Shown here: one piece after another, positions 56,409-64,000 of the stretch
Layout: the number at the start of each line of letters is the position of its first letter
Position numbering within the stretch: position 1 is the stretch's first letter
NCBI GenBank assembly: GCA_900540835.1
Contig: UQHN01000004.1
Span: 165-64,164 of the forward strand
DNA length: 64,000 nt
DNA from: an uncultured Collinsella sp.
GTDB lineage: Bacteria; Actinomycetota; Coriobacteriia; Coriobacteriales; Coriobacteriaceae
Direction of reading: 5' to 3'
Position numbers and translations under genes: made by a program
Notes under the pieces: generated by a model
What the model was told of the DNA's origin: nothing
What the model saw: only the letters and a program-made list of their open reading frames with translations
Database searches by the model: none

Positions 56409-58835
56409 TTACGCGTGCCAGATCTCGTCGCGGTACTCGCGAATGGTGCGGTCGCTCGAGAACCAGCCGGAGGAGGCGGTGTTGAGCAAGGCCTTGCGGT
56501 TCCAGGTTTCCTGGTCGCCGTAGCTGCCGGTGAGCTTTTCCCATGCATCCACGTAGCTGCGGAAGTCGGCCATGACTAGGTCGGGGTCGTTGTTGTTCAT
56601 GAGCTCGTTGTAGATGCTCTCGAAGTTGCCCGAAAGACCCGCGAACGTGTTGTCCTTGAGCTCGTCCATCACGCGGCCCAGACGCTCGCGGTCGCCGTTG
56701 AGGGTATCCCACGCAAAGTAGCTGTTGGATGCCCAGAGCTGCTCGACCTCGGGGGCGGTCAGGCCAAAGATGGCCTCGTTCTCGCGACCGGCCAGGTCGG
56801 CGATCTCGATGTTGGCGCCGTCGAGGGTGCCCAGCGTAATGGCGCCGTTCATCATGAGCTTCATGTTAGACGTGCCCGAGGCCTCCTTGCCGGCCGTGGA
56901 GATCTGCTCCGAGATCTCGGCGGCGGGGTAGATGAGCTGGGCGTTGCTCACGCGGAAGTTGGGGATAAAGCAGACCTTCATGACCTCATTGACGCGGGCA
57001 TCGTTGTTGATGACGTCGGCAACGGAGTTAATGAGGCGGATGGTCTCCTTGGCAAAGGTGTAGCTCGAGGCAGCCTTGCCACTAAAGATGAAGGTCGTCG
57101 GCGTCACGTGGAAGTTGGGATCGGCGATGCGACGGTTGTAGATGTCCATCACCTTCATGATATTCATGAGCTGGCGCTTATAGGCGTGGAAGCGCTTTAC
57201 CTGGACATCGAAGACGGTGTTGGGGTCGATGACCAGACCGGTCTCGGCCTTGACGTAGGCGGCCAGACGCTCCTTGTTGGCGCGCTTGGAGGCACCAACG
57301 GCCTTCAGGAACTCGGTGTCGTTCTGGAACTCTTTGAGCTTCTCCAGCTCAAAGGCGTCCTTGAGCCAGCCATCGCCAATGGCCTCGGTCACGAGCTTGG
57401 CATAGGTGGGGTTGGCCTCGGCAAAGAAGCGACGGTGCGAGATGCCGTTGGTCTTGTTGTTGAACTTCTCGGGCGTGAGGGCATAGAAGTCTTTGAGCAC
57501 GATGTTCTTGATGATGTCGGAATGGATCTTGGCCACGCCGTTGACGCTGTGGCTGCAGATCACAGACAGGTTGGCCATGCGAATCTCGCCGTCCCACAGG
57601 ATGGCGGTCTGGCGCAGACGCTCCTGCCAGCCCTCCTTCGTGGTGTCGAACGACTCGTGCCAACGACGGCTGATCTCGTCGATGATCTGGTACACGCGGG
57701 GGAGGAGCTTGGAGAACGTGCCGATGGGCCACTTCTCCAGAGCCTCGGGCAGGATGGTGTGGTTGGTGTAGCTCACGACCTGCGTCACGATGTTCCAGGC
57801 GTCGTCCCACTCGAGCTTCTTCTCGTCGATGAGGATGCGCATGAGCTCGGGGCCGCACATGGCGGGGTGCGTGTCGTTGGTGTGGATGGCCACAAACTGC
57901 GGCAGCAGCTCCCAGTTCTCGCCGTGCTCCTTCTCAAAGGTGTCGAGCAGGCTGTAGATGCCGGCCGAGACAAACAGGTACTCCTGCTTCAGGCGCAGCA
58001 GACGGCCGTGCTCGCCGGCGTCGTTGGGGTAGAGGATGGCGCTGATGGCCTCGGCCTCGGCGCGCTCGGCGTCGGCCAGGGCGTAGTCGCCGCGGTTGAA
58101 GGCCTCCAGATCGAAGTGCTCCTCGACCGGCTCGGCAGCCCAGACGCGCAGCTTGTTGACTGTCTCGCCGGCATAGCCCACCACGGGGATGTCATAGGGG
58201 ACGGCCAGGATGTCCTGCGTGTCCACCGTGCGGTAGAACGTGCGGCCGTTCTCCTCAAAGCCCTCGACGCGGCCACCAAACTTGATGGTCACGGCCTTAT
58301 CCTGACGACGGACCTCCCAGGGATAGCCGTGGGTGAGCCACTCGTCGGTGGCCTCGACCTGGCTGCCGTTGACGATCTCCTGCTTAAACAGACCGTAGCG
58401 GTAACGCATGCCGTTGCCGTAGCCGGCAATGCCCTCGGCTGCCATCGAATCCAGGAAGCACGCGGCCAGACGGCCCAGGCCACCGTTGCCCAGAGCCGGA
58501 TCGGGCTCCTGGTTCTCGATGACGGACAGGTCAAAGCCCATGTCGTCGAGCGCCTCGGCGACCATGTCGCGCACGCCAAAGTTGAGCAGGTAGTTGTCGA
58601 GCAGGCGGCCGATCAAAAACTCGATCGAGAAGTAGTACACGCGCTTTTTGCCCTCGGCGGTGACGCGGGCGTCACTCTTGGTGGCAACGGTGCGCGCCTT
58701 CTCGGCCACGAGCTTGGCCAGGGCGTTAAAGCGGTCGAGGTCGCTGGCGGCCTCGACGCTCTTGCCGCTGATGCTCATGACGGCATCGCGATAGAGCTCG
58801 GTAAACTCCTGCTTGTTGTCAAAGATCTTATTCAT
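56409..58835 (-). CDS. glgP: Glycogen / alpha-glucan phosphorylase
   Basis: 808 aa with PLP-lysine motif EASGTSNMKLMMNGA. Confidence 0.95.
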   Translation of the reverse strand: MNKIFDNKQEFTELYRDAVMSISGKSVEAASDLDRFNALAKLVAEKARTVATKSDARVTAEGKKRVYYFSIEFLIGRLLDNYLLNFGVRDMVAEALDDMGFDLSVIENQEPDPALGNGGLGRLAACFLDSMAAEGIAGYGNGMRYRYGLFKQEIVNGSQVEATDEWLTHGYPWEVRRQDKAVTIKFGGRVEGFEENGRTFYRTVDTQDILAVPYDIPVVGYAGETVNKLRVWAAEPVEEHFDLEAFNRGDYALADAERAEAEAISAILYPNDAGEHGRLLRLKQEYLFVSAGIYSLLDTFEKEHGENWELLPQFVAIHTNDTHPAMCGPELMRILIDEKKLEWDDAWNIVTQVVSYTNHTILPEALEKWPIGTFSKLLPRVYQIIDEISRRWHESFDTTKEGWQERLRQTAILWDGEIRMANLSVICSHSVNGVAKIHSDIIKNIVLKDFYALTPEKFNNKTNGISHRRFFAEANPTYAKLVTEAIGDGWLKDAFELEKLKEFQNDTEFLKAVGASKRANKERLAAYVKAETGLVIDPNTVFDVQVKRFHAYKRQLMNIMKVMDIYNRRIADPNFHVTPTTFIFSGKAASSYTFAKETIRLINSVADVINNDARVNEVMKVCFIPNFRVSNAQLIYPAAEISEQISTAGKEASGTSNMKLMMNGAITLGTLDGANIEIADLAGRENEAIFGLTAPEVEQLWASNSYFAWDTLNGDRERLGRVMDELKDNTFAGLSGNFESIYNELMNNNDPDLVMADFRSYVDAWEKLTGSYGDQETWNRKALLNTASSGWFSSDRTIREYRDEIWHA

Positions 58836-58929
58836 ACGTTCCTTTCCCCCGGGGATGTTTCTCCCGGAACGGTAATGACTTGTATCCTACGCCTCGTCGG
58901 GGCGGGTAATTACAGTGGTAACGCCTTTG

Positions 58930-61236
58930 TTACGCTTTCTTAGCAGGAGCCTTAACGGCAGCTGCCTTAGCCTTGGGAGCGGCCTTTTTGGTGGCTGCCT
59001 TTTTGGCCGTGGTGGACTTGGCCGAAGCCTTGGCAGTGGGCTTGGTAGCCTTCGCCTTGGCCGGCGCCTTCTTAGCGGCCGCGGCCTTGGGCTTCACCGA
59101 GGACGTGCGCTTGCGCGTAGTCTTCTTGGGAGCCTCGACCACGGGCGGCTTGTAGCTGCTGGGACCGCGACGCTTAAGCACCACGCCTGCCAGGCCGGGA
59201 ACCTTAATCTCAATGGAATCCATCTGCCCGTTCCAGGGATAGGGCTCGCTCGAGCAGGTGTAGGGCTCCTCGCCGGCATAGCCACTGCCGCCAAACTCGG
59301 GACGGTCGGAGTCGAAGATGACCTCCCAGTCACCCTCGCGCGGCACGCCCACGCGGAAGCTCTCATAGCTCGCCGGATCAAAGTTGATCAGGATCACCAG
59401 ATCGTCGTCGATGTCCTCGCCCTGGCGCACAAAGCTCACGATGGACTGCTTGGAGTTATCCGCATCGATCCAGGTAAAGCCGTCGTCGGTGTAGCCACGC
59501 TCGTACAGGGCGGGCTCGGCGGTGTACAGGTGGTTGAGCGCCTTGATAAACGCCTGATGATGACGGTGGGTCTCGTACTCCTCGGTCAGGAACCACTGGA
59601 TGGACTCGTAGTAGCGCCACTCAATAAACTGGCCGATCTCGTTGCCCATAAAGTTGAGCTTGGCACCGGGGTGCGTCATCTGGTAGAAGGCCAGCGTGCG
59701 CAGGCCGGCAAACTGGCGCCACCAGTCGCCCGGCATACGGCCGATCAGCGAGCATTTACCGTGGACGACCTCGTCGTGGCTCAGCGGACAGATAAAGTTC
59801 TCGGTAAAGGCGTACATGATGGAGAACGTGAGCAGGCCGTGGTTGCCGGGGCGCCACGGAAAATCGGTCTGCATGTAGTGCAGGGTGTCGTTCATCCAGC
59901 CCATGTCCCACTTGTAGTGGAACCCCAGGCCGCCGTCCTGCGGCGGGTAGGTCACGAGCGGCCACGCGGTGGACTCCTCGGCCATCATCATCACGTCGGG
60001 GTAGTGTGCCTCCACGGCGCAGTTGACCTGACGGATAAACGCGCTGGCGTCCAGGTCCTCCTCGGTACCGTACTTGTTGAACTTCTTTTGGCCCGGATCG
60101 TCGATGCCAAAGTTGAGGTACAGCATGCTGGACACGCCGTCCATGCGGATGCCGTCCACATGGAAGTTCTCGAGCCAGTACAGCACGTTAGAGACCAAGA
60201 AGGAGCGGACCTCGCCACGGGCGAAGTCAAACTTATGCGTGCCCCAGTTGGGGTGAATCTCGTGTTCAAACAGCATGTGGCCGTTAAAGGTGGCAAGGCC
60301 GTGGGAGTCGGCACAAAAACCGCCGGGCACCCAGTCCATGATCACGCCGATGCCCGCCTCGTGGCACGCATCGATAAAGTGCATGAGCTGCTGCGGGTTG
60401 CCGTAGCGCGACGTGGCGGCATAGTAGCCGGTCGTCTGGTAGCCCCAGGAGCCATCGAAGGGATGCTCCATAAGCGGCATAACCTCAATGTGCGTATAGC
60501 CCATGTCGCGCACGTAGTCCACGAGCTCCACCGACAGGTCGTCGTAGGTATAGAACTCGCCGCGCTGCGCGGGGAAGGGATCCATGGGGCCGGGGTAGTT
60601 GCCGTACTCGTCGGGCTCGCCCTGCGGCGCGTCGCCGTGGCGCTTCCACGATCCAATATGCACCTCGTAGATGTTAAGGGGCTGCGACATGTGGTTATGG
60701 CTGGCGCGGCGCTGGAGCCATGCGGCGTCGTTCCACTTATAGCCGTCGAGGGTCCACAGCACGCTCGCCGTACCCGGAGGGCACTCGGCCTTAAAGGCAT
60801 ACGGATCGGCCTTATAGAGCTTTTCGCCCTCGTTGGTCTCGATGAGATACTTATAGAGCTGACCTTGTTCTGCGCCAGGAATAAAGCCTTCCCAGATAGC
60901 GCTCGTATGCACGGGCACCAGCGGGTTGGCTTCTTCATTCCAGTCGTTAAATTCGCCAATGACATGCACGCTCTTTACATCGGGCGCCCAAACGCAAAAG
61001 CGCCAGCCGCGCGTACGGTTCTGCGTGTCGGGGTGCGCGCCCATCTTTTCCCAGCTGCGCTCCCACGTGCCGATGCCAAATAGATAGACATCGTCCTTGG
61101 TGAGCTCCGGTGCGTGCGGGGCGGCTTTACGGGTTGCGGGCTTTTTAGCCGTTGGCTTTAGCTTTGTATCGCTCACGTTTGATCCCATCATGACGCGGCA
61201 GCGTGTTGCCTTGGTGACTAGATGCGAAAGGTCCAA
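58930..61236 (-). CDS. glgB: 1,4-alpha-glucan branching enzyme with a ~90 aa Lys/Ala-rich C-terminal tail
   Basis: GH13 branching-enzyme core (CBM48 N-domain, GIGVIMDWVPGGF, DGIRMDGV), then the tail PKKTTRKRTSSVKPKAAAAKKAPAKAKATKPTAKASAKSTTAKKAATKKAAPKAKAAAVKAPAKKA. Start is 61236 or the internal ATG at 61191. Confidence 0.9.
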   Translation of the reverse strand: MDLSHLVTKATRCRVMMGSNVSDTKLKPTAKKPATRKAAPHAPELTKDDVYLFGIGTWERSWEKMGAHPDTQNRTRGWRFCVWAPDVKSVHVIGEFNDWNEEANPLVPVHTSAIWEGFIPGAEQGQLYKYLIETNEGEKLYKADPYAFKAECPPGTASVLWTLDGYKWNDAAWLQRRASHNHMSQPLNIYEVHIGSWKRHGDAPQGEPDEYGNYPGPMDPFPAQRGEFYTYDDLSVELVDYVRDMGYTHIEVMPLMEHPFDGSWGYQTTGYYAATSRYGNPQQLMHFIDACHEAGIGVIMDWVPGGFCADSHGLATFNGHMLFEHEIHPNWGTHKFDFARGEVRSFLVSNVLYWLENFHVDGIRMDGVSSMLYLNFGIDDPGQKKFNKYGTEEDLDASAFIRQVNCAVEAHYPDVMMMAEESTAWPLVTYPPQDGGLGFHYKWDMGWMNDTLHYMQTDFPWRPGNHGLLTFSIMYAFTENFICPLSHDEVVHGKCSLIGRMPGDWWRQFAGLRTLAFYQMTHPGAKLNFMGNEIGQFIEWRYYESIQWFLTEEYETHRHHQAFIKALNHLYTAEPALYERGYTDDGFTWIDADNSKQSIVSFVRQGEDIDDDLVILINFDPASYESFRVGVPREGDWEVIFDSDRPEFGGSGYAGEEPYTCSSEPYPWNGQMDSIEIKVPGLAGVVLKRRGPSSYKPPVVEAPKKTTRKRTSSVKPKAAAAKKAPAKAKATKPTAKASAKSTTAKKAATKKAAPKAKAAAVKAPAKKA

Positions 61237-61522
61237 GGCTGCACGAATCGAAGGGACGGCGATAGTTCTATGATTCGTTCCACCTCGCGTGCTCGGTGGA
61301 ACTTTCGGCAGAAACTACGATAACACCTGTACGTTACTTTTATGAAGGAAAGTGGTTTTAGGGCGGCGTTTAATCGGTAAGCGCCATGTTTAGACCACTG
61401 GCAGAATTGCCGTGGTAAAACTCTTGACAGTTTTACCAATTAGGGTTTCAAGATTGTTAGTCTGACGTTTGGTAAAACGTTTTTAGCAGGATGTTTACCA
61501 TTTGACATCGAAAGGTTCGTTT

Positions 61523-62212
61523 ATGTCCCAGACCGCCGCCCCCAACGTTGCTTTTATTTTCGATTGCGACGGCACACTGGTTAATAGCACCCCCGTTTGG
61601 GCCTATGCCCAGCCCGAGTTATTGCACCGCCACGGAGTAGACGTGACGGTCGACGATTTTGCCCAGTTTGAGCATTTGTCGCTCGAGGACGAGTGCCAGG
61701 CCTACCACGACACCTGGGGCATTGGCGCAAATGGCGAGGAGCTCTATCGCGAGCTGAGCGACATTCTGATTGATGGGTACTCCAAGGTGCCGCCGCGCGA
61801 GGGGCTCCTGGCATTTTTGAAGCAGGCGAAGGCGGCGGGCATTGCCATGTGCGTTGCCACGTCTACGCCAGCCGAGCTGGTTAAGTCTGCGCTTGCGGGC
61901 GCCGGGCTCGATGCCTACATGGAGTTTGTTACCACGACGGGTGAGGCAGGACGCTCCAAACAGTTCCCCGACGTATACGAGCTGGCGCTGCGCCGTCTGG
62001 AGGAGCGCCACGGGCACAAGTTTGAGCGCGCGTGGGTGTTTGAGGACGCGGTTTTTGGCCTTAAGAGTTCTGGGGTCGCCGGCTTTAAGCGCGTGGGCAT
62101 TTATGACCCGCTCGGCCGTATGGAGCGCGACGAGGTTCGCGAAAACTGCGACATCTTTATCGATAGCTATGAGGACCTGGATCTGGCCCGCGTGCTTTCG
62201 TTTGAGGGATAG
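61523..62212 (+). CDS. HAD-superfamily hydrolase (subfamily IA; phosphatase / beta-phosphoglucomutase-like)
   Basis: DxDGT motif FIFDCDGTLVNS, motifs II-IV present, and RBS gaaagg. Confidence 0.7.
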   Translation: MSQTAAPNVAFIFDCDGTLVNSTPVWAYAQPELLHRHGVDVTVDDFAQFEHLSLEDECQAYHDTWGIGANGEELYRELSDILIDGYSKVPPREGLLAFLKQAKAAGIAMCVATSTPAELVKSALAGAGLDAYMEFVTTTGEAGRSKQFPDVYELALRRLEERHGHKFERAWVFEDAVFGLKSSGVAGFKRVGIYDPLGRMERDEVRENCDIFIDSYEDLDLARVLSFEG

Positions 62213-62221
62213 GCGAGGGTT

Positions 62222-62863
62222 GTGGCTTGTAAGGTATTAGTGGTCTGCGGCTCGCCCGTGGTTGCAAGCGCGAATCTGTTGCGTAGGCTAGCAGGGGAGT
62301 GCGACCACGTTGTCGCCGTGGATCGCGGGCTCGACGCGCTGCTGGGCGCCGGCCTGGGCTGCGACGTGTATGTGGGGGATGCCGATACGGTGAGCGACGC
62401 AGGCCGTGCGTTGGTCGATGCCGCCGAAGCCTTTGAGGTAGAGCGCCACGACCCCTACAAGGACTATACCGATCTGGCGCTGGCGCTCGATTCCGTCCGC
62501 CGTCGCTGGCCAGGTGCCGAAGTGGTAGCAACCTGCGCCACCGGCGGCCGTCCGGACATGGCCCTATCCGTGCTGGGCTTGCTTGCAGGCTATGATGACG
62601 CCCCAGTCTGGATTGCTGAGGACAAGGTAGTCGCCCGCATTCTTCACGCAGGTGAGTCGTGGACCATCGAGGGCGCCGAAGGCAAGACGTTCTCCATCAT
62701 CGCCATAGCCCTTGGGACGGTGGTAAGCGAGTACGGCCTAGAATGGGAGCTAGACCACAGCCCCCTAGCCCTCTTGGCCGACACCGGCATCAGCAACGTC
62801 GTCAGGTCAACAGCCGCGATCAGAGTCCACGCCGGCACCGCCATCGCTTACCTATATCAATAG
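62222..62863 (+). CDS. Thiamine pyrophosphokinase
   Basis: TPK motifs AVDRG, GDADT, KDYTDLALAL and TGGRPD; GTG start. Confidence 0.6.
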   Translation: MACKVLVVCGSPVVASANLLRRLAGECDHVVAVDRGLDALLGAGLGCDVYVGDADTVSDAGRALVDAAEAFEVERHDPYKDYTDLALALDSVRRRWPGAEVVATCATGGRPDMALSVLGLLAGYDDAPVWIAEDKVVARILHAGESWTIEGAEGKTFSIIAIALGTVVSEYGLEWELDHSPLALLADTGISNVVRSTAAIRVHAGTAIAYLYQ

Positions 62864-62900
62864 GCTCAATCGGCATTTAAAGTCTCACTCAAAAAAGTCC

Positions 62901-62929
62901 TTGCACGTCGAGTCAACTTCCCCTATAGT
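62901..62929 (+). promoter_or_regulatory. Candidate promoter for tRNA-Ala
   Basis: TTGCAC, 17-nt spacer, TATAGT, ending 14 nt before the tRNA 5' end. Confidence 0.5.
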
Positions 62930-62942
62930 ATCTCCTTGTCAC

Positions 62943-63018
62943 GGGGGCGTAGCTCAGCTGGGAGAGCGCTTGACTGGCAGTCAAGAGGTCAGGGGTTCGA
63001 TCCCCCTCGTCTCCACCA
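62943..63018 (+). tRNA. tRNA-Ala: tRNA-Ala (anticodon GGC)
   Basis: GGGGGCGTAGCTCAGCTGGGAGAGCG...GGTTCGATCCCC, anticodon loop CTGGCAG, the G3:U70 Ala identity pair, and CCA encoded. Confidence 0.9.
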
Positions 63019-63028
63019 TCGTGAATGC

Positions 63029-63058
63029 AAAGGCCTTCGGAATTCCGAAGGCTTTTTT
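63029..63058 (+). terminator. Rho-independent terminator after tRNA-Ala
   Basis: AAGGCCTTCGGAATTCCGAAGGCTT followed by TTTTT. Confidence 0.75.
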
Positions 63059-63797
63059 AATGCCAAAACACCTCGCACCACAAACCCCCGCACACTCCAA
63101 CAAAAAGTTGCACAATTTATTTCCCATGTCTGTACATAGTTTGTTAGAAAAACGTGATTATCAGTGCAGCTCGCCGTTCCATTTGTGCTTCAGGAACGCC
63201 CCTAATCACCGTTAGCATCCCAATAACCTGCATCAACGTGAACAACTTAGGCAAACAAGCCCCTCAAGCACGGATTCGTCGCATATGTTGTCCAACGCAA
63301 CCCAAATCAGTTTCACTATCAGCTTGTGCTAGGATACTTAACGTTACATGAGTTCAACTACGCTCACGGCTTCAGCAAGCCACAAAGCGCAGGGTCGATC
63401 AGCATCCGGCCGTAACGGCGGTGCCAGAAACACCACGAGCTCCAATATCGAGTGCCATGTGCATTTTTTCACTTGCTTTTGCGACTATTTATAAGTTCGC
63501 ATTAGGCAGTGCTTTAAGTTGTTGCGGCAAACCATGGCAGTCCTTCAGCTGTTTGCGTGCGGTCCAGTTTTGTGCCCGCTTGACTGGTTCGCACGCAGCC
63601 AGCTGGGGACGCGGTCATTTTGCGATACACGTCCGCGTCTCTAGCAACTGCATATGTACATACCGTTCACGGTGGGGCAGAGCCACGTGCTTGTCTGACT
63701 GGGCTCAGGGTTTGAATATGGAGCGCCTTCGCGCACAAGCGCCCTGGCGAAGCCATACCCAAACCCCGTGAGCCACACGTAAGACAGCAAGGGGGTG

Positions 63798-64000
63798 GTG
63801 CTCGTGTGGTATGTGATCCAGGTCATTAACGGTCGCGAAGATGTAATGCGCGAGCGCATCGAGCGCATGGTGCCGGCGAGCTCCATGCAAGAGCTCTTTT
63901 ATCCCCAATACCAAACCGAGATCAAGGTGCACGGCGAATGGGTCAGCACGACCAAGCCTCTGTTCCCCGGTTATCTTATCTGCGACACGGCAGATCCCCG
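63798..64000 (+). CDS. NusG-family transcription antiterminator paralog (LoaP/UpxY-like), 5' partial; continues beyond the window
   Basis: GTG start after RBS aggggg. The N-terminus VWYVIQVINGREDVMRERIERMVP ... KPLFPGYL matches the NGN-domain start of NusG paralogs. It is preceded by a ~740 nt lower-GC non-coding leader and is not in the ATG-based ORF track. Confidence 0.55.
   Translation, partial: MLVWYVIQVINGREDVMRERIERMVPASSMQELFYPQYQTEIKVHGEWVSTTKPLFPGYLICDTADP

Overview
High-GC (~63–65%) actinobacterial chromosome segment. Gene content (anaerobic cbi pathway, glgD, Tat/lipobox lipoproteins) suggests a Coriobacteriia-like organism; this is inference. Core metabolism is densely packed. 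The window contains: (i) ptsH-ptsI and two tandem PfkB/1-phosphofructokinase paralogs; (ii) the CCA enzyme and tRNA-Glu(CUC); (iii) a membrane protein plus a TetR regulator; (iv) a minus-strand B12-type uptake operon, preceded by a cobalamin riboswitch, that encodes a Tat-exported CbiK-like lipoprotein, a small paralogous lipoprotein, a BtuF-like binding protein with an extra N-domain, a FecCD permease and an ABC ATPase with an extra C-domain; (v) divergently, a 17-gene anaerobic cobalamin biosynthesis operon (cbiF-D-L-G-H-ET-A, cobT-U-S, CobU-like::CobC fusion, cbiB, cobD, cobQ, cobO, cbiC, cbiJ) with no cytoplasmic cobaltochelatase; (vi) a MacAB-like efflux trio, an L,D-transpeptidase, single-chain L-serine dehydratase, metK, gltX, priA, def, fmt, rsmB; (vii) a minus-strand glycogen locus (glgB-glgP-glgC-glgD-glgA, a GH13::GH77 fusion, an FmdB zinc-ribbon gene) in which GlgA and GlgB carry long Lys/Ala-rich HupB/H1-like tails; (viii) a HAD hydrolase, thiamine pyrophosphokinase, tRNA-Ala(GGC) and the start of a NusG paralog behind a long leader. 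Two families of structured intergenic repeats with compensatory stem changes, and a palindromic repeat array between metK and gltX, are not explained by the coding features. All calls are from reading the sequence and the supplied ORF track; no database searches were run.
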